Assembly: GCA_965223335.1 (NCBI GenBank) | Contig: OZ244991.1 | Location: forward strand, 1,280,001-1,344,000 | Reading direction: 5' to 3' | Source of the DNA: Thermodesulfobacteriota bacterium | GTDB lineage: Bacteria; Desulfobacterota_D; UBA1144; Nemesobacterales; UBA2774 | Length of the DNA stretch: 64,000 nt | Shown here: positions 9,230 to 18,306 of the stretch, in pieces | Position numbering within the stretch: position 1 is the stretch's first letter | How the letters are laid out: every line of letters begins with the position of its first letter | Notes under the pieces: generated by a model | Databases searched by the model: none | The model's input: only the letters and a program-made list of their open reading frames with translations | What the model was told of the DNA's origin: nothing | Program-made: the position numbers and the translations under genes

Positions 9230-12115
9230 ATGGGCGATAATTCAACATTTATAGAGAGACATATTGGGCCTGATCCGAGCGAGTTGGAGGATATGCTAGG
9301 GGTGTTGGGTGTAGCCTCGCTCGATGCACTAATAGAAGAGACCATACCCCCAGCAATCTGTACAACTGATAAACTCAACCTACCTGACTCACTCGAGGAG
9401 CACGTGTTTTTAGCCAACCTCCGCAAGATAGCTGAGAAAAATAAGGTCTTTAAATCCTACATTGGCCTCGGATACTACGGCACGATCACCCCCGGAGTGA
9501 TACAGCGCAATATTCTCGAGAACCCTGGTTGGTACACTCAATACACCCCTTATCAAGCTGAGATATCGCAGGGGCGATTGGAGGCGCTGCTAAACTTCCA
9601 GACCATGGTGAGCGACTTGACAGGGATGGAAATAGCAAATGCATCGCTGCTAGACGAATCCACGGCTGCGGCAGAGGCTATGACGATGCTTGCCAGGGTT
9701 AGCAAAAAAGGATCTAAGAAAAAACTGCCCAACACTTTTTTGGTTTCCGATAAATGCTTTCCGCAGACTATAGATGTTTTGAAATCACGCGCAGAGCCGC
9801 TGGGTATTAAGCTTGTAATCACAGACACCGAGGATTTTGAATTCACAGACGACGTTTTTGGATTATTAGTGCAGTACCCCGATGCCGAGGGGGTCATTAG
9901 CGATTATACGGACCTTGTTGCAGAGGCCCACCAAAACGGTGTGCTTGTAGCGGTTGCTGCGGATTTGTTGAGCCTAGCTTTGATTAAACCCCCGGGGGAG
10001 ATGGGGGCTGATCTGGTAGTGGGCTCGACGCAGAGGTTTGGTGTGCCAATGGGCTATGGGGGCCCGCACGCCGCCTATTTTGCAACCCGAGAGGAGTTCG
10101 TACGACAGGTGCCGGGACGGATCATAGGTGTGTCGGTTGATGCCGAAAGTAACCCGGCTTATAGAATGGCGCTTCAGACCAGGGAGCAGCACATCAGGCG
10201 AGAAAAGGCGACCTCGAACATATGCACAGCACAAGCACTGCTTGCGATCATGGCAGGGATGTACGCTGTGTATCACGGCCCTGAGGGGCTAAAAAAAATA
10301 GCACAAAATATTCACCGCCTTGCACTTGGGCTTGAACAACAACTGGTCGACCTTGGATACACCCAGTTAAACCATATGTTTTTCGACACTATAACGATTG
10401 ATCTGGGCGAGAATAACAGCACCTATCTGCGTATAAAAGAGATCGCAAATAACCAAGGTGTCAATTTTAGATATTGGGATAATCGTTTTATAAGTATCTC
10501 AGTGGATGAGACAACAAGCGACTACGATGTGGGCCGGATAGTCGATATATTGGGGATGGCCAAAAGCGAGAACAATATTGCAACTGTTATAGAGCTTAAA
10601 CCCAGGGCTCATGATGCTCACGGTTATAACGGCTTGGAACGCACCACTGAGTATCTCACACACCCAGTGTTTAACAAAAACAAGTCCGAGACCAACATGC
10701 TTAGGTATATAAAGCGGCTCGAGTCCCGCGACCTCTCGCTTACCACCTCTATGATACCGCTTGGGTCCTGTACAATGAAGCTCAATTCCACTACTGAGAT
10801 GATCCCAGTGACATGGGGTGAGTTTTCAAATATCCACCCTTATGTGCCTGTGGAGCAGGCCGCCGGGTACATGCAGGTTTTTAAGGAGCTAGAGGGTTAC
10901 CTGGCCGAGATCACAGGTCTCGGTGCGGTCTCGCTACAGCCGAACTCGGGTGCACAGGGCGAGTATGCAGGGCTTATGGTAATAAGGGCCTTTCATCACG
11001 ATAATGGAGATTACCTAAGGAATATAGTGCTCATACCCTCATCGGCCCATGGCACTAACCCCGCCAGTGCTGCTATGGCAGGAATGAAAGTGGTGGTGGT
11101 GAAGTGTGACGCCGAGGGCAACATAGAGCTCGAGGACCTTAGATCTAAAGCCGAGAAGTACAGCGATACACTAGCTGCGTTTATGATAACCTACCCCTCC
11201 ACACACGGTGTGTTCGAAGAGAATATTAAGGATATTTGCTCTATCGTGCACGAACACGGGGGCCAGGTATATATGGACGGGGCCAACATGAATGCGCAGG
11301 TGGGGCTTACGACACCTGCCATCATCGGCGCTGACGTGTGCCATCTCAATCTGCACAAGACCTTTAGCATCCCGCACGGGGGCGGGGGCCCGGGCATGGG
11401 ACCCATATGCGTTGCCAAACACCTGGAGCCTTACCTCCCGGGGCACTCTATCGTGCCGCTTGGGGGCAAAAAATCTATCGCGGCTGTGGGCGGAGCCCCA
11501 TGGGGGAGTGCCAGTATACTGCTTATATCCTATGCGTATATAAGGCTATTGGGAGCAAAGGGTGTTACGGACGCAACCCGTTATGCAATCTTAAATGCGA
11601 ACTACTTGAAATCAAGGCTCGAGCCCCATTACAACGTTTTATTCACCGGGACGAACGGCAGGGTGGCTCATGAGTTTATACTAGATCTGAGGGATTTTAA
11701 GCGTGAGGCTCGAGTCGAGGTCGAGGATGTGGCCAAGAGGCTTATGGACTATGGCTTCCACGCACCTACGGTCTCGTGGCCTGTCCCTGGTACTATGATG
11801 ATCGAGCCTACAGAAAGCGAATCAAAAGAAGAACTGGACAGGTTTTGCGAGGCCTTAATATCAATCAAAAAAGAGGTGGATGGGATTGCGGACGGTACTG
11901 CCGATATTGAGGACAATGTGTTGAAAAATGCACCTCATACGGCACAGATGATAGCCTCTGACACCTGGACGCACCCCTACACACGCTCACAGGCTGTGTA
12001 CCCACTCGGCTATCTGCTGGATAATAAGTTCTGGCCGCCTGTGGGCAGGATCAATAATCCATATGGGGATAAAAACCTGGTCTGTTCATGCCCCCCGATT
12101 GATACCTATGAGTAG
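9230..12115 (+). CDS. gcvP: Glycine dehydrogenase (decarboxylating), single-chain P protein
   Basis: [57 protein letters not shown]-terminal CSCPP. Confidence 0.98.
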   Translation: MGDNSTFIERHIGPDPSELEDMLGVLGVASLDALIEETIPPAICTTDKLNLPDSLEEHVFLANLRKIAEKNKVFKSYIGLGYYGTITPGVIQRNILENPGWYTQYTPYQAEISQGRLEALLNFQTMVSDLTGMEIANASLLDESTAAAEAMTMLARVSKKGSKKKLPNTFLVSDKCFPQTIDVLKSRAEPLGIKLVITDTEDFEFTDDVFGLLVQYPDAEGVISDYTDLVAEAHQNGVLVAVAADLLSLALIKPPGEMGADLVVGSTQRFGVPMGYGGPHAAYFATREEFVRQVPGRIIGVSVDAESNPAYRMALQTREQHIRREKATSNICTAQALLAIMAGMYAVYHGPEGLKKIAQNIHRLALGLEQQLVDLGYTQLNHMFFDTITIDLGENNSTYLRIKEIANNQGVNFRYWDNRFISISVDETTSDYDVGRIVDILGMAKSENNIATVIELKPRAHDAHGYNGLERTTEYLTHPVFNKNKSETNMLRYIKRLESRDLSLTTSMIPLGSCTMKLNSTTEMIPVTWGEFSNIHPYVPVEQAAGYMQVFKELEGYLAEITGLGAVSLQPNSGAQGEYAGLMVIRAFHHDNGDYLRNIVLIPSSAHGTNPASAAMAGMKVVVVKCDAEGNIELEDLRSKAEKYSDTLAAFMITYPSTHGVFEENIKDICSIVHEHGGQVYMDGANMNAQVGLTTPAIIGADVCHLNLHKTFSIPHGGGGPGMGPICVAKHLEPYLPGHSIVPLGGKKSIAAVGGAPWGSASILLISYAYIRLLGAKGVTDATRYAILNANYLKSRLEPHYNVLFTGTNGRVAHEFILDLRDFKREARVEVEDVAKRLMDYGFHAPTVSWPVPGTMMIEPTESESKEELDRFCEALISIKKEVDGIADGTADIEDNVLKNAPHTAQMIASDTWTHPYTRSQAVYPLGYLLDNKFWPPVGRINNPYGDKNLVCSCPPIDTYE

Positions 12116-12145
12116 ATTCCTATAGCCGATTTTATAATTGTACGG

Positions 12146-13027
12146 TTATTCCTTTAGAGCGTTGTCCACATCGATGAACGGTACTGCACCACCGCCGGTA
12201 AATTTCGGCAGTGTGCCGTCCCATTTCTCGGCCAGGCGAAGTTGGATGAGCTGAGGGTTGTCCTTAAGCGCTTTTGCCTCACGTGCAATAGCATCGGCGC
12301 GTGCCTTGGACGCAACCTCTATCTCGTAGGCTTCCGCGTCTGCAGCAAGCTGTTTCTCGGCGGCTGCAGCCTCGGCCTGGGTGACACGTTTAACCTTCTC
12401 GTTTCTGGCCTGGAGTGCTTCCTGCTCGGCTTTAACCTTCATTTCAATGGCTCTGTTGAACTCGTCTGAGAACTCGAAGTCAGTTATGGCAACGTTGGCT
12501 ATTTTAAGCGCATTGGGAACGTTTTTTTCCTTAAGTGTCACTGTAATAAAGTTCACAATGGCTTCTTGGATCTGGAGTTTTACCTCGGCTCGTTTGGTTA
12601 CGAGCTGCTCAGCCGTGTATTGAGCTGTGACGGCTTTAACAGATTCCTGTATAGCGGGTTGCACCACTGTGGCGGCTACCGTGTCCCTCTGGCCTATCTT
12701 TTGGTAGGTCATCGGTGCGACATCACCGGTGATAGAGTACTGTACGGTTACCTGGGTTTGTACGGTCTGGAGGTCTTTAGAGGCGGCGGCGGACTTGGCA
12801 TTGGCCTTTGTGAGTCGTATATCCATCTGCTCGATTTTGTCCATAAACGGTTTTTTAAGGTGAAATCCCTCGGGCAGGGCTTGGGGCTGGACCGCTCCGA
12901 GTGTCCGTATTACACCTACATGACCGCTGTCCACTATCACAAATGCGCTAATAAAGAAGACGATGATTAGTATGATGATAATGGGATATAAAAAATTTAG
13001 CTTCTCAAGGTTGGGTTTAAAGCTCAT
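12146..13027 (-). CDS. SPFH/prohibitin family membrane protein
   Basis: N-terminal TM, GHVGV..LG, SKDLQ, DFEFSDEFNRAIE.KVKAEQ, coiled coil, EKWDG.LP; SD AGGAGG. Confidence 0.92.
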   Translation of the reverse strand: MSFKPNLEKLNFLYPIIIILIIVFFISAFVIVDSGHVGVIRTLGAVQPQALPEGFHLKKPFMDKIEQMDIRLTKANAKSAAASKDLQTVQTQVTVQYSITGDVAPMTYQKIGQRDTVAATVVQPAIQESVKAVTAQYTAEQLVTKRAEVKLQIQEAIVNFITVTLKEKNVPNALKIANVAITDFEFSDEFNRAIEMKVKAEQEALQARNEKVKRVTQAEAAAAEKQLAADAEAYEIEVASKARADAIAREAKALKDNPQLIQLRLAEKWDGTLPKFTGGGAVPFIDVDNALKE

Positions 13028-13066
13028 TATACTACCTCCTGTGATTTATACCTGGTTGTCCTAATA

Positions 13067-14776
13067 TTATGAAGTATGATCGTGGCAATCCAAATCCACA
13101 ATCCTGAGCTGGATGCTTGTTGTGCCGTTCCAAACGTTTAGTTCGGGAATAAATACTATATCTGCTCTGTCAGTGATCTCCACAGGCTTTTTGATATTGA
13201 ACCAGATGGCGTCATAGACACGGTCCTGGGCCTTTAGTTTTAAACCGATATGTTTATCCTTGTAGAGCTTGTGTGAAACAACCTCTATATCCCGGGCCAT
13301 AAACACTGGTTCGGGGTTGCCGACGCCAAACGGTCCCAGCATTGAGAGCTCCTCAATAAAATCATGACTTATATCATTGAGTTCGATCAATTTATCTATA
13401 GCTATCTCGGGCACATAGGTATATTTAGTGTCGGTCATCACTTTGTTAAGCATGGCTCTGAGTGAGTCTATTTTGCTCTCTTCTATCGAGATCCCTGCAG
13501 CGAGTTCATGCCCACCGAACTCAATAAAAAGCTCTTTACACTCTAAAAGGGCAGCATATATGTTAATGTTGCCTGCCGACCTGGCAGAGCCCTTGCCTAC
13601 GCCGTTTGCATCGATTGAAATGAGCATAGCGGGTTTGCCGAACCTCTCCACAACCCTAGACGCTACTATGCCTATTACCCCCGGGTGCCAGTCCCGGGAT
13701 GCCGCTACAATAAACGGCGATTCTAATATCTCGTCTGTGCTCTCTATAATCTCGATTGCGTCGTTTAGTATGGACTTTTCTATAGTCTGTCTTGTCGAGT
13801 TCTCTTTATTTAGTGTGGTTGCGAGCTCTCGTGCGCGCTCGGGGTTTCGGGATATAAATAGCTCCACAGCGTTTTTGGCGCTGCTTAGCCTTCCCGAAGC
13901 GTTTATTCGGGGGCCGAGTTTGAATCCCAGGTCGAATGTGTCTACATCGCCGTTTACACTGCTTATCTCTTTAAGTGCTCTTAGACCGGGGTGTTTTGTG
14001 GCGGAGGCCCTTTTTAGCCCCTCTTTAACAAAAATACGGTTTACGTTTACAAGCGGAGCACAGTCTGCTACGGTGCCCAGTGCTACCAGGTCCAGGTAAT
14101 CGCCCAGGTTGGGCTCGTTGTCAGTGAAATACCCGGCGTCTCTTAACTTTCTTCTAAGCGCTATTGCGAGGTTGAATATCACACCTACCCCTGCAATCTC
14201 TTTACCCGGGTACTTACAGTCAGCTTGCTGGGGGTTTAGTATGGATACGGCGTCTGGCAGAGTATCGGGGGGTTTGTGGTGATCGGTGACAATAAAATCT
14301 ATGCCCATCTCCGTGGCTTTTTTGACCTGCTCAACAGCCGTGATGCCGCAGTCGCCCGAGATAACCAACGTTACTCCCAGATCCGATAGCTTGGAGACGG
14401 CCTGATCGTTAACTCCGTAGCCTTCTTTTAGCCTGTCGGGATTGTAGAACGAAACATTTGCACCCAGGCTCTTTAAAAAATTGTGAAATAACGCAGTTGC
14501 GGTTACACCGTCTACATCGTAGTCGCCGTATATAGCAATATGTTCTTTTTGGTTAATTGCGTGGATCACCCGCTCCACAGCAGCGTCCATACCCTTCATA
14601 AGAAAGGGTGAAGGCAGGTCAAACAGATTGCAGTTTAGAAATAGTTCGGCCTCGCGGTCGGTCTCGATCCCGCGGTTGATCAGAACTTGGGCTGTGTTCT
14701 CGGATATAGACAAATCCTCGGACAATTTCGAGGCAAGCTTAGTGTTCTCTTTATTGATAGTCCAAGTGTTTTTCAT
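13067..14776 (-). CDS. recJ: Single-stranded DNA exonuclease RecJ
   Basis: YGDYDVDG, DCGI, TDHH, LGTVAD, GPRINASGRL, WHPGVIGIVA, GSARS, GGH..AAG, GPFG.GNPEP. Confidence 0.97.
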   Translation of the reverse strand: MKNTWTINKENTKLASKLSEDLSISENTAQVLINRGIETDREAELFLNCNLFDLPSPFLMKGMDAAVERVIHAINQKEHIAIYGDYDVDGVTATALFHNFLKSLGANVSFYNPDRLKEGYGVNDQAVSKLSDLGVTLVISGDCGITAVEQVKKATEMGIDFIVTDHHKPPDTLPDAVSILNPQQADCKYPGKEIAGVGVIFNLAIALRRKLRDAGYFTDNEPNLGDYLDLVALGTVADCAPLVNVNRIFVKEGLKRASATKHPGLRALKEISSVNGDVDTFDLGFKLGPRINASGRLSSAKNAVELFISRNPERARELATTLNKENSTRQTIEKSILNDAIEIIESTDEILESPFIVAASRDWHPGVIGIVASRVVERFGKPAMLISIDANGVGKGSARSAGNINIYAALLECKELFIEFGGHELAAGISIEESKIDSLRAMLNKVMTDTKYTYVPEIAIDKLIELNDISHDFIEELSMLGPFGVGNPEPVFMARDIEVVSHKLYKDKHIGLKLKAQDRVYDAIWFNIKKPVEITDRADIVFIPELNVWNGTTSIQLRIVDLDCHDHTS

Positions 14777-14854
14777 CAGTATAGCGGTCTGTCTCTCGGG
14801 GTTTCACTTACACAATAATGATAGCTAACTCTAAGCGGATGATAAGTAATAAAA

Positions 14855-15289
14855 TTACTGTTTAATAGAGTCAACAAGGCCCTTTAGGCCGAGCACATAG
14901 CCATTTGTGCCTAGCCCGGATACAACACCCAGGGCTACACCCGACACATAGGAGTGTTGCCTGAACTCCTCGCGTTTATATATGTTGGAGATGTGTACCT
15001 CAACCACAGGGAGCCCGGAACTGAGTATCGCATCCCTTATCGCAACGCTAGTGTGAGTGTAAGCGGCGGGGTTGATTAAGATGCCGTCTGTTGTGTCTGA
15101 GGACTCTTGGATTTTGGTTACTATCTCGCCTTCGGAATTGGACTGGAGGAAATCTACTTCTACACCTAGATTCGTAGCCTCGTCCTTTATCCTCGAGTTT
15201 ATATCCTCTAGGTTCGTAGCCCCGTAAATCTCGGGCTCTCTCTTGCCCAGCATATTTAGATTGGGTCCGTGTATGACCAGTATTTTCAT
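14855..15289 (-). CDS. aroQ: Type II 3-dehydroquinate dehydratase
   Basis: [52 protein letters not shown]. Confidence 0.97.
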   Translation of the reverse strand: MKILVIHGPNLNMLGKREPEIYGATNLEDINSRIKDEATNLGVEVDFLQSNSEGEIVTKIQESSDTTDGILINPAAYTHTSVAIRDAILSSGLPVVEVHISNIYKREEFRQHSYVSGVALGVVSGLGTNGYVLGLKGLVDSIKQ

Positions 15290-15295
15290 GATCGT

Positions 15296-15997
15296 CTACT
15301 CTCCTGGGTCGGGTACTGACTCGGAACTCGAATAGCCGGGCCTTAAATCATTGAGCTTTCTAATGATCCGCCTGTTATCGGGTTCTTTGATTAATAGCTT
15401 TTCCAATATTGTTATGGCCTGTTCAATCTGACCCTGCCTTATGCACAGGTCGGCCATTGTCTCGGTCTCTATCTCTTTTTCTTCTGCTTTGCCGGTTGGT
15501 GCAACAAATGGATTATCTGCAGATGTGTACACTGCACCTGTGTCCTCACTGCTCTGGTCTACGCTTGACATCATATTGGCTTTTTCCCAAAACTCTGTCA
15601 ACTCGGTATCATCGGGGTGATGTTGCTGTGCTTTTTCTAAAACGGCTTTTACCTTGTCGATATCGGATTCACTGAAATAGATATCAATTAGAATTTTGCT
15701 GGCTCCGATGTTGTCGGGTGCGAGTTCTATGACTTGTTCAAGCTCTTTTTTGGCCGGATCGATAAGCCAGCGTTCATAGTATAGTTTGCCGAGCAAAAAC
15801 CTGCCTGTAATGTTTTGATTGTTGTGTCTAAGCCCTGTTTGGAGTACCTGCATAGCTTCGTCTTCAAGACCCCTTTTTATGAGGAGTTGAGCTAGGAATA
15901 TAAATGCGACGGATGCGGGGTCCTCGGCAATGATTTTTTCATACTTCTCCTGAAGCTTAAAAAGTTTGTCCTCTGCTTCGCGGCTAGGCTGAGTCAT
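15296..15997 (-). CDS. Tetratricopeptide repeat protein
   Basis: Helical TPR-like repeats (AFIFLAQLL..RG, GRFLLGKLYY) and C-terminal TETMADL.IRQG...A..I motif; directly upstream of aroQ. Confidence 0.75.
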   Translation of the reverse strand: MTQPSREAEDKLFKLQEKYEKIIAEDPASVAFIFLAQLLIKRGLEDEAMQVLQTGLRHNNQNITGRFLLGKLYYERWLIDPAKKELEQVIELAPDNIGASKILIDIYFSESDIDKVKAVLEKAQQHHPDDTELTEFWEKANMMSSVDQSSEDTGAVYTSADNPFVAPTGKAEEKEIETETMADLCIRQGQIEQAITILEKLLIKEPDNRRIIRKLNDLRPGYSSSESVPDPGE

Positions 15998-16147
15998 GGT
16001 TTGCGGATTAGAAACATGCTCATCAGGCTGTGTGATTATGCACTATTTTACTACTAACCATTGCAATATAACACATTAGGGAATTGATTATAAGCGCCGT
16101 TTCAATTTTTCTAAATAAGTATAAGGGGATGTAAGTCTGTTTCTAAA

Positions 16148-16162
16148 TGGCACTGTTTTTGC
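16148..16162 (+). promoter_or_regulatory. Putative sigma54 (-24/-12) promoter of the GH5 gene
   Basis: TGGCAC-TGTTT-TTGC matches the TGGCAC-N5-TTGC consensus with GG-N10-GC spacing; lies ~140 nt upstream of the ATG in the intergenic region. Confidence 0.6.
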
Positions 16163-16304
16163 CGAATCGGTTTTTATCAGGCTCGCAGCGCTTGGCACAA
16201 ATCAAGAACAAATGAATTTTATAAATAAAAAATATCCACCGCAGAAAATTGACCACAGCTATACTGTTTGTTTCCTAATTTTGCATCTCATAGGAGGTTT
16301 GCAT

Positions 16305-18245
16305 ATGCGTTTTATTTTCGTGATGATTTTATGTTTGTTATTTTCAGTACCACTTACCTGGGGTTATTCCACAGATTCGGGTTTAATACGAGATAGTGAC
16401 GGGAACAAGGTTAACTTATACGGTGTGAACTGGTTTGGATTCGAGACCAACGACCATGTTGTTCACGGTCTTTGGGCTAGGAACTGGAAGGATATGATCT
16501 CGCAGATAAAAGGGCTCGGTTTTACAGCGATCAGATTACCGTTTTGCCCCCAAACATTAAATAACATTAATCCCACGAGCATTAATTATTCGAAAAATCC
16601 GGATCTTGTCGGTTTAGGCTCTCTGGATATTATGGATCAGGTTATAAGCGAACTTGATCGAGAAGGGTTTTATATACTGCTTGACCACCACACATCCGAC
16701 TGTCAGACGATTGAAGAGCTATGGTACACATCAAATTACACAGAACAGGATTGGATAGATGATCTAGTGTTTATAGCAAGCCGATATCAGGGGATAAAGG
16801 GTTTTCTTGGAATAGATATAAAGAATGAACCACATGGTCCTGCCACGTGGGGTGTGGGCAATCATGCTACAGATTGGAATAGTGCAGCTGAGAGAGCAGC
16901 TTCTGAAATTTTGGCTGTTAATCCCAATATACTCATTTTTGTGCAGGGCATAGAGAGCAACCCTGTGTGCAGTGGTACGGTTAACCACTGGTGGGGAGGG
17001 AATCTCGAGCCCTTTAGCTGTTTTCCACTGAATATACCTGAGGATAAACTAGTGCTTAGTCCCCATGTCTATGGCCCGGATGTTTATGAACAGCCTTATT
17101 TCAGTGATCCGGATTTTCCAAACAACATGCCGGGTATATGGGAGCAGCATTTCGGCTACCTTGTTCAAGAGGGGCAAGCTGTAGTCCCAGGGGAGTTCGG
17201 TGGCAGGTATGGACACGGCGGTGATCCCAATGACAAGGTTTGGCAGGACGCACTCATCGATTACTTCCTCAGTAAAGGTATTACAAACTTTTTCTACTGG
17301 TCCTGGAATCCCAACAGCGGTGATACCGGGGGCATACTAAAAGACAATTGGCAAGATGTGTGGCAGGATAAGGTGGGTTTATTGGCAAGGTTAATAAACG
17401 GTTCAACCACTCCACCTGCTGGGCCAGCTTGTTCGGACTCGTTAGATAATGACAACGACGGTTTTGTAGATTATCCCGATGACCCGGGGTGTAACAGTGC
17501 GGACGACAATGATGAAACTGATTCTCCCAAACAAGGTAACCAGCTTAGCACCAAACTCGTAATAAGTGATGACTGGGGCACCGGATATTGTGCCGATGTC
17601 ACTGTGTCTAATACGGGTAGCGAGGATGAAGATTGGGTAGTGTCTTTTACAATCGAAGGGACAGTTAAGGATCTATGGAATGCAACATATTCTCAAGCTG
17701 GCGATCTTATAACAGCTCAAGGTGTGTCATGGAATAATATTGTTAATGCAGGTTCAACTGTAACATTCGGTTTTTGTGCAAATAGGAAAGCACCTTTACC
17801 GACTCCCACGCCAATACCAACACCGGTCTCGACTCCGACCCCTGTGCCAACTCCAATACCCACTCCACCGCCCGTTGTGTTCGCTTGTTCTGACGGGTTA
17901 GACAACGATGGCGACGCTCTTATAGACTATCCGGCCGATCCCGGGTGCGATAACGCGGATGATTCCGACGAATACAATGTGCCGTCTGGTGCGGATGATC
18001 TAAGTATCGAGCTGATCATAACAAACGATTGGGGTAGGGGTTACTGTGCAGATGTGTTTGTTTATAACAACACAAGCACTAATATTGACTGGGTTGTTAC
18101 ATTTGATGCAGAAGGTTCTATTCGTAACATTTGGAACGCGGTTTATGAGCAAAGTGGGGAACAAGTGATTGCACGAGGTGCATCGTGGAACAATATTGTA
18201 AATGCCGGGAGTCATACTACGTTCGGATATTGTGCAATAAGATGA
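16305..18245 (+). CDS. Secreted GH5 endoglucanase (cellulase) with two CBM2-like modules, two Cys/Asp Ca-binding repeats and a Pro-Thr linker
   Basis: SD AGGAGG before ATG 16305; signal peptide; GVNWFGFET, HGLWARNW, IRLPF, LLDHH, KNEPHG (acid/base), SPHVYGPDV, GEFGG (nucleophile), YWSWNPNSGDTGG; DWG.GYCADV...WNA...WN...FG.CA twice. Confidence 0.92.
   Translation: MRFIFVMILCLLFSVPLTWGYSTDSGLIRDSDGNKVNLYGVNWFGFETNDHVVHGLWARNWKDMISQIKGLGFTAIRLPFCPQTLNNINPTSINYSKNPDLVGLGSLDIMDQVISELDREGFYILLDHHTSDCQTIEELWYTSNYTEQDWIDDLVFIASRYQGIKGFLGIDIKNEPHGPATWGVGNHATDWNSAAERAASEILAVNPNILIFVQGIESNPVCSGTVNHWWGGNLEPFSCFPLNIPEDKLVLSPHVYGPDVYEQPYFSDPDFPNNMPGIWEQHFGYLVQEGQAVVPGEFGGRYGHGGDPNDKVWQDALIDYFLSKGITNFFYWSWNPNSGDTGGILKDNWQDVWQDKVGLLARLINGSTTPPAGPACSDSLDNDNDGFVDYPDDPGCNSADDNDETDSPKQGNQLSTKLVISDDWGTGYCADVTVSNTGSEDEDWVVSFTIEGTVKDLWNATYSQAGDLITAQGVSWNNIVNAGSTVTFGFCANRKAPLPTPTPIPTPVSTPTPVPTPIPTPPPVVFACSDGLDNDGDALIDYPADPGCDNADDSDEYNVPSGADDLSIELIITNDWGRGYCADVFVYNNTSTNIDWVVTFDAEGSIRNIWNAVYEQSGEQVIARGASWNNIVNAGSHTTFGYCAIR
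17425..18242 (+). repeat. Intragenic tandem duplication of [CSD.LDND.D...DYP.DPGC repeat + CBM2] separated by a (PT)n linker
   Basis: ACSDSLDNDNDGFVDYPDDPGC...DWGTGYCADV...WNNIVNAGS.VTFGFCA versus ACSDGLDNDGDALIDYPADPGC...DWGRGYCADV...WNNIVNAGS.TTFGYCA; boundaries approximate. Confidence 0.85.
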
Positions 18246-18259
18246 TCGATCGTGAATCG

Positions 18260-18282
18260 GGAAGATGCAATAGGCATCTTCC
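18260..18282. terminator. Hairpin between convergent genes (probable bidirectional terminator)
   Basis: GGAAGATGC-AATAG-GCATCTTCC, perfect 9-bp stem; the U-tails are weak. Confidence 0.55.
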
Positions 18283-18306
18283 TCTTGCTCAAGGTCTAGT
18301 ATTTTG

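Noticed and set aside
13428..14099. 223-aa plus-strand ORF
   Set aside because: Antisense shadow of recJ with Ser-rich composition and no motif.
16212..16304. N-terminal extensions from the ORF track (also at def, 6629, murE, ftsW, murB, ispE, the pilin, 55211 and 60716)
   Set aside because: Downstream starts fit SD position, signal peptides or family N-termini better; the extensions overlap promoters, terminators or neighbouring genes.
17795..17875. Short repeats (CCGACTCC/CCAACACC-like) as a DNA repeat element
   Set aside because: They encode the Pro-Thr linker of the cellulase with varied synonymous codons.
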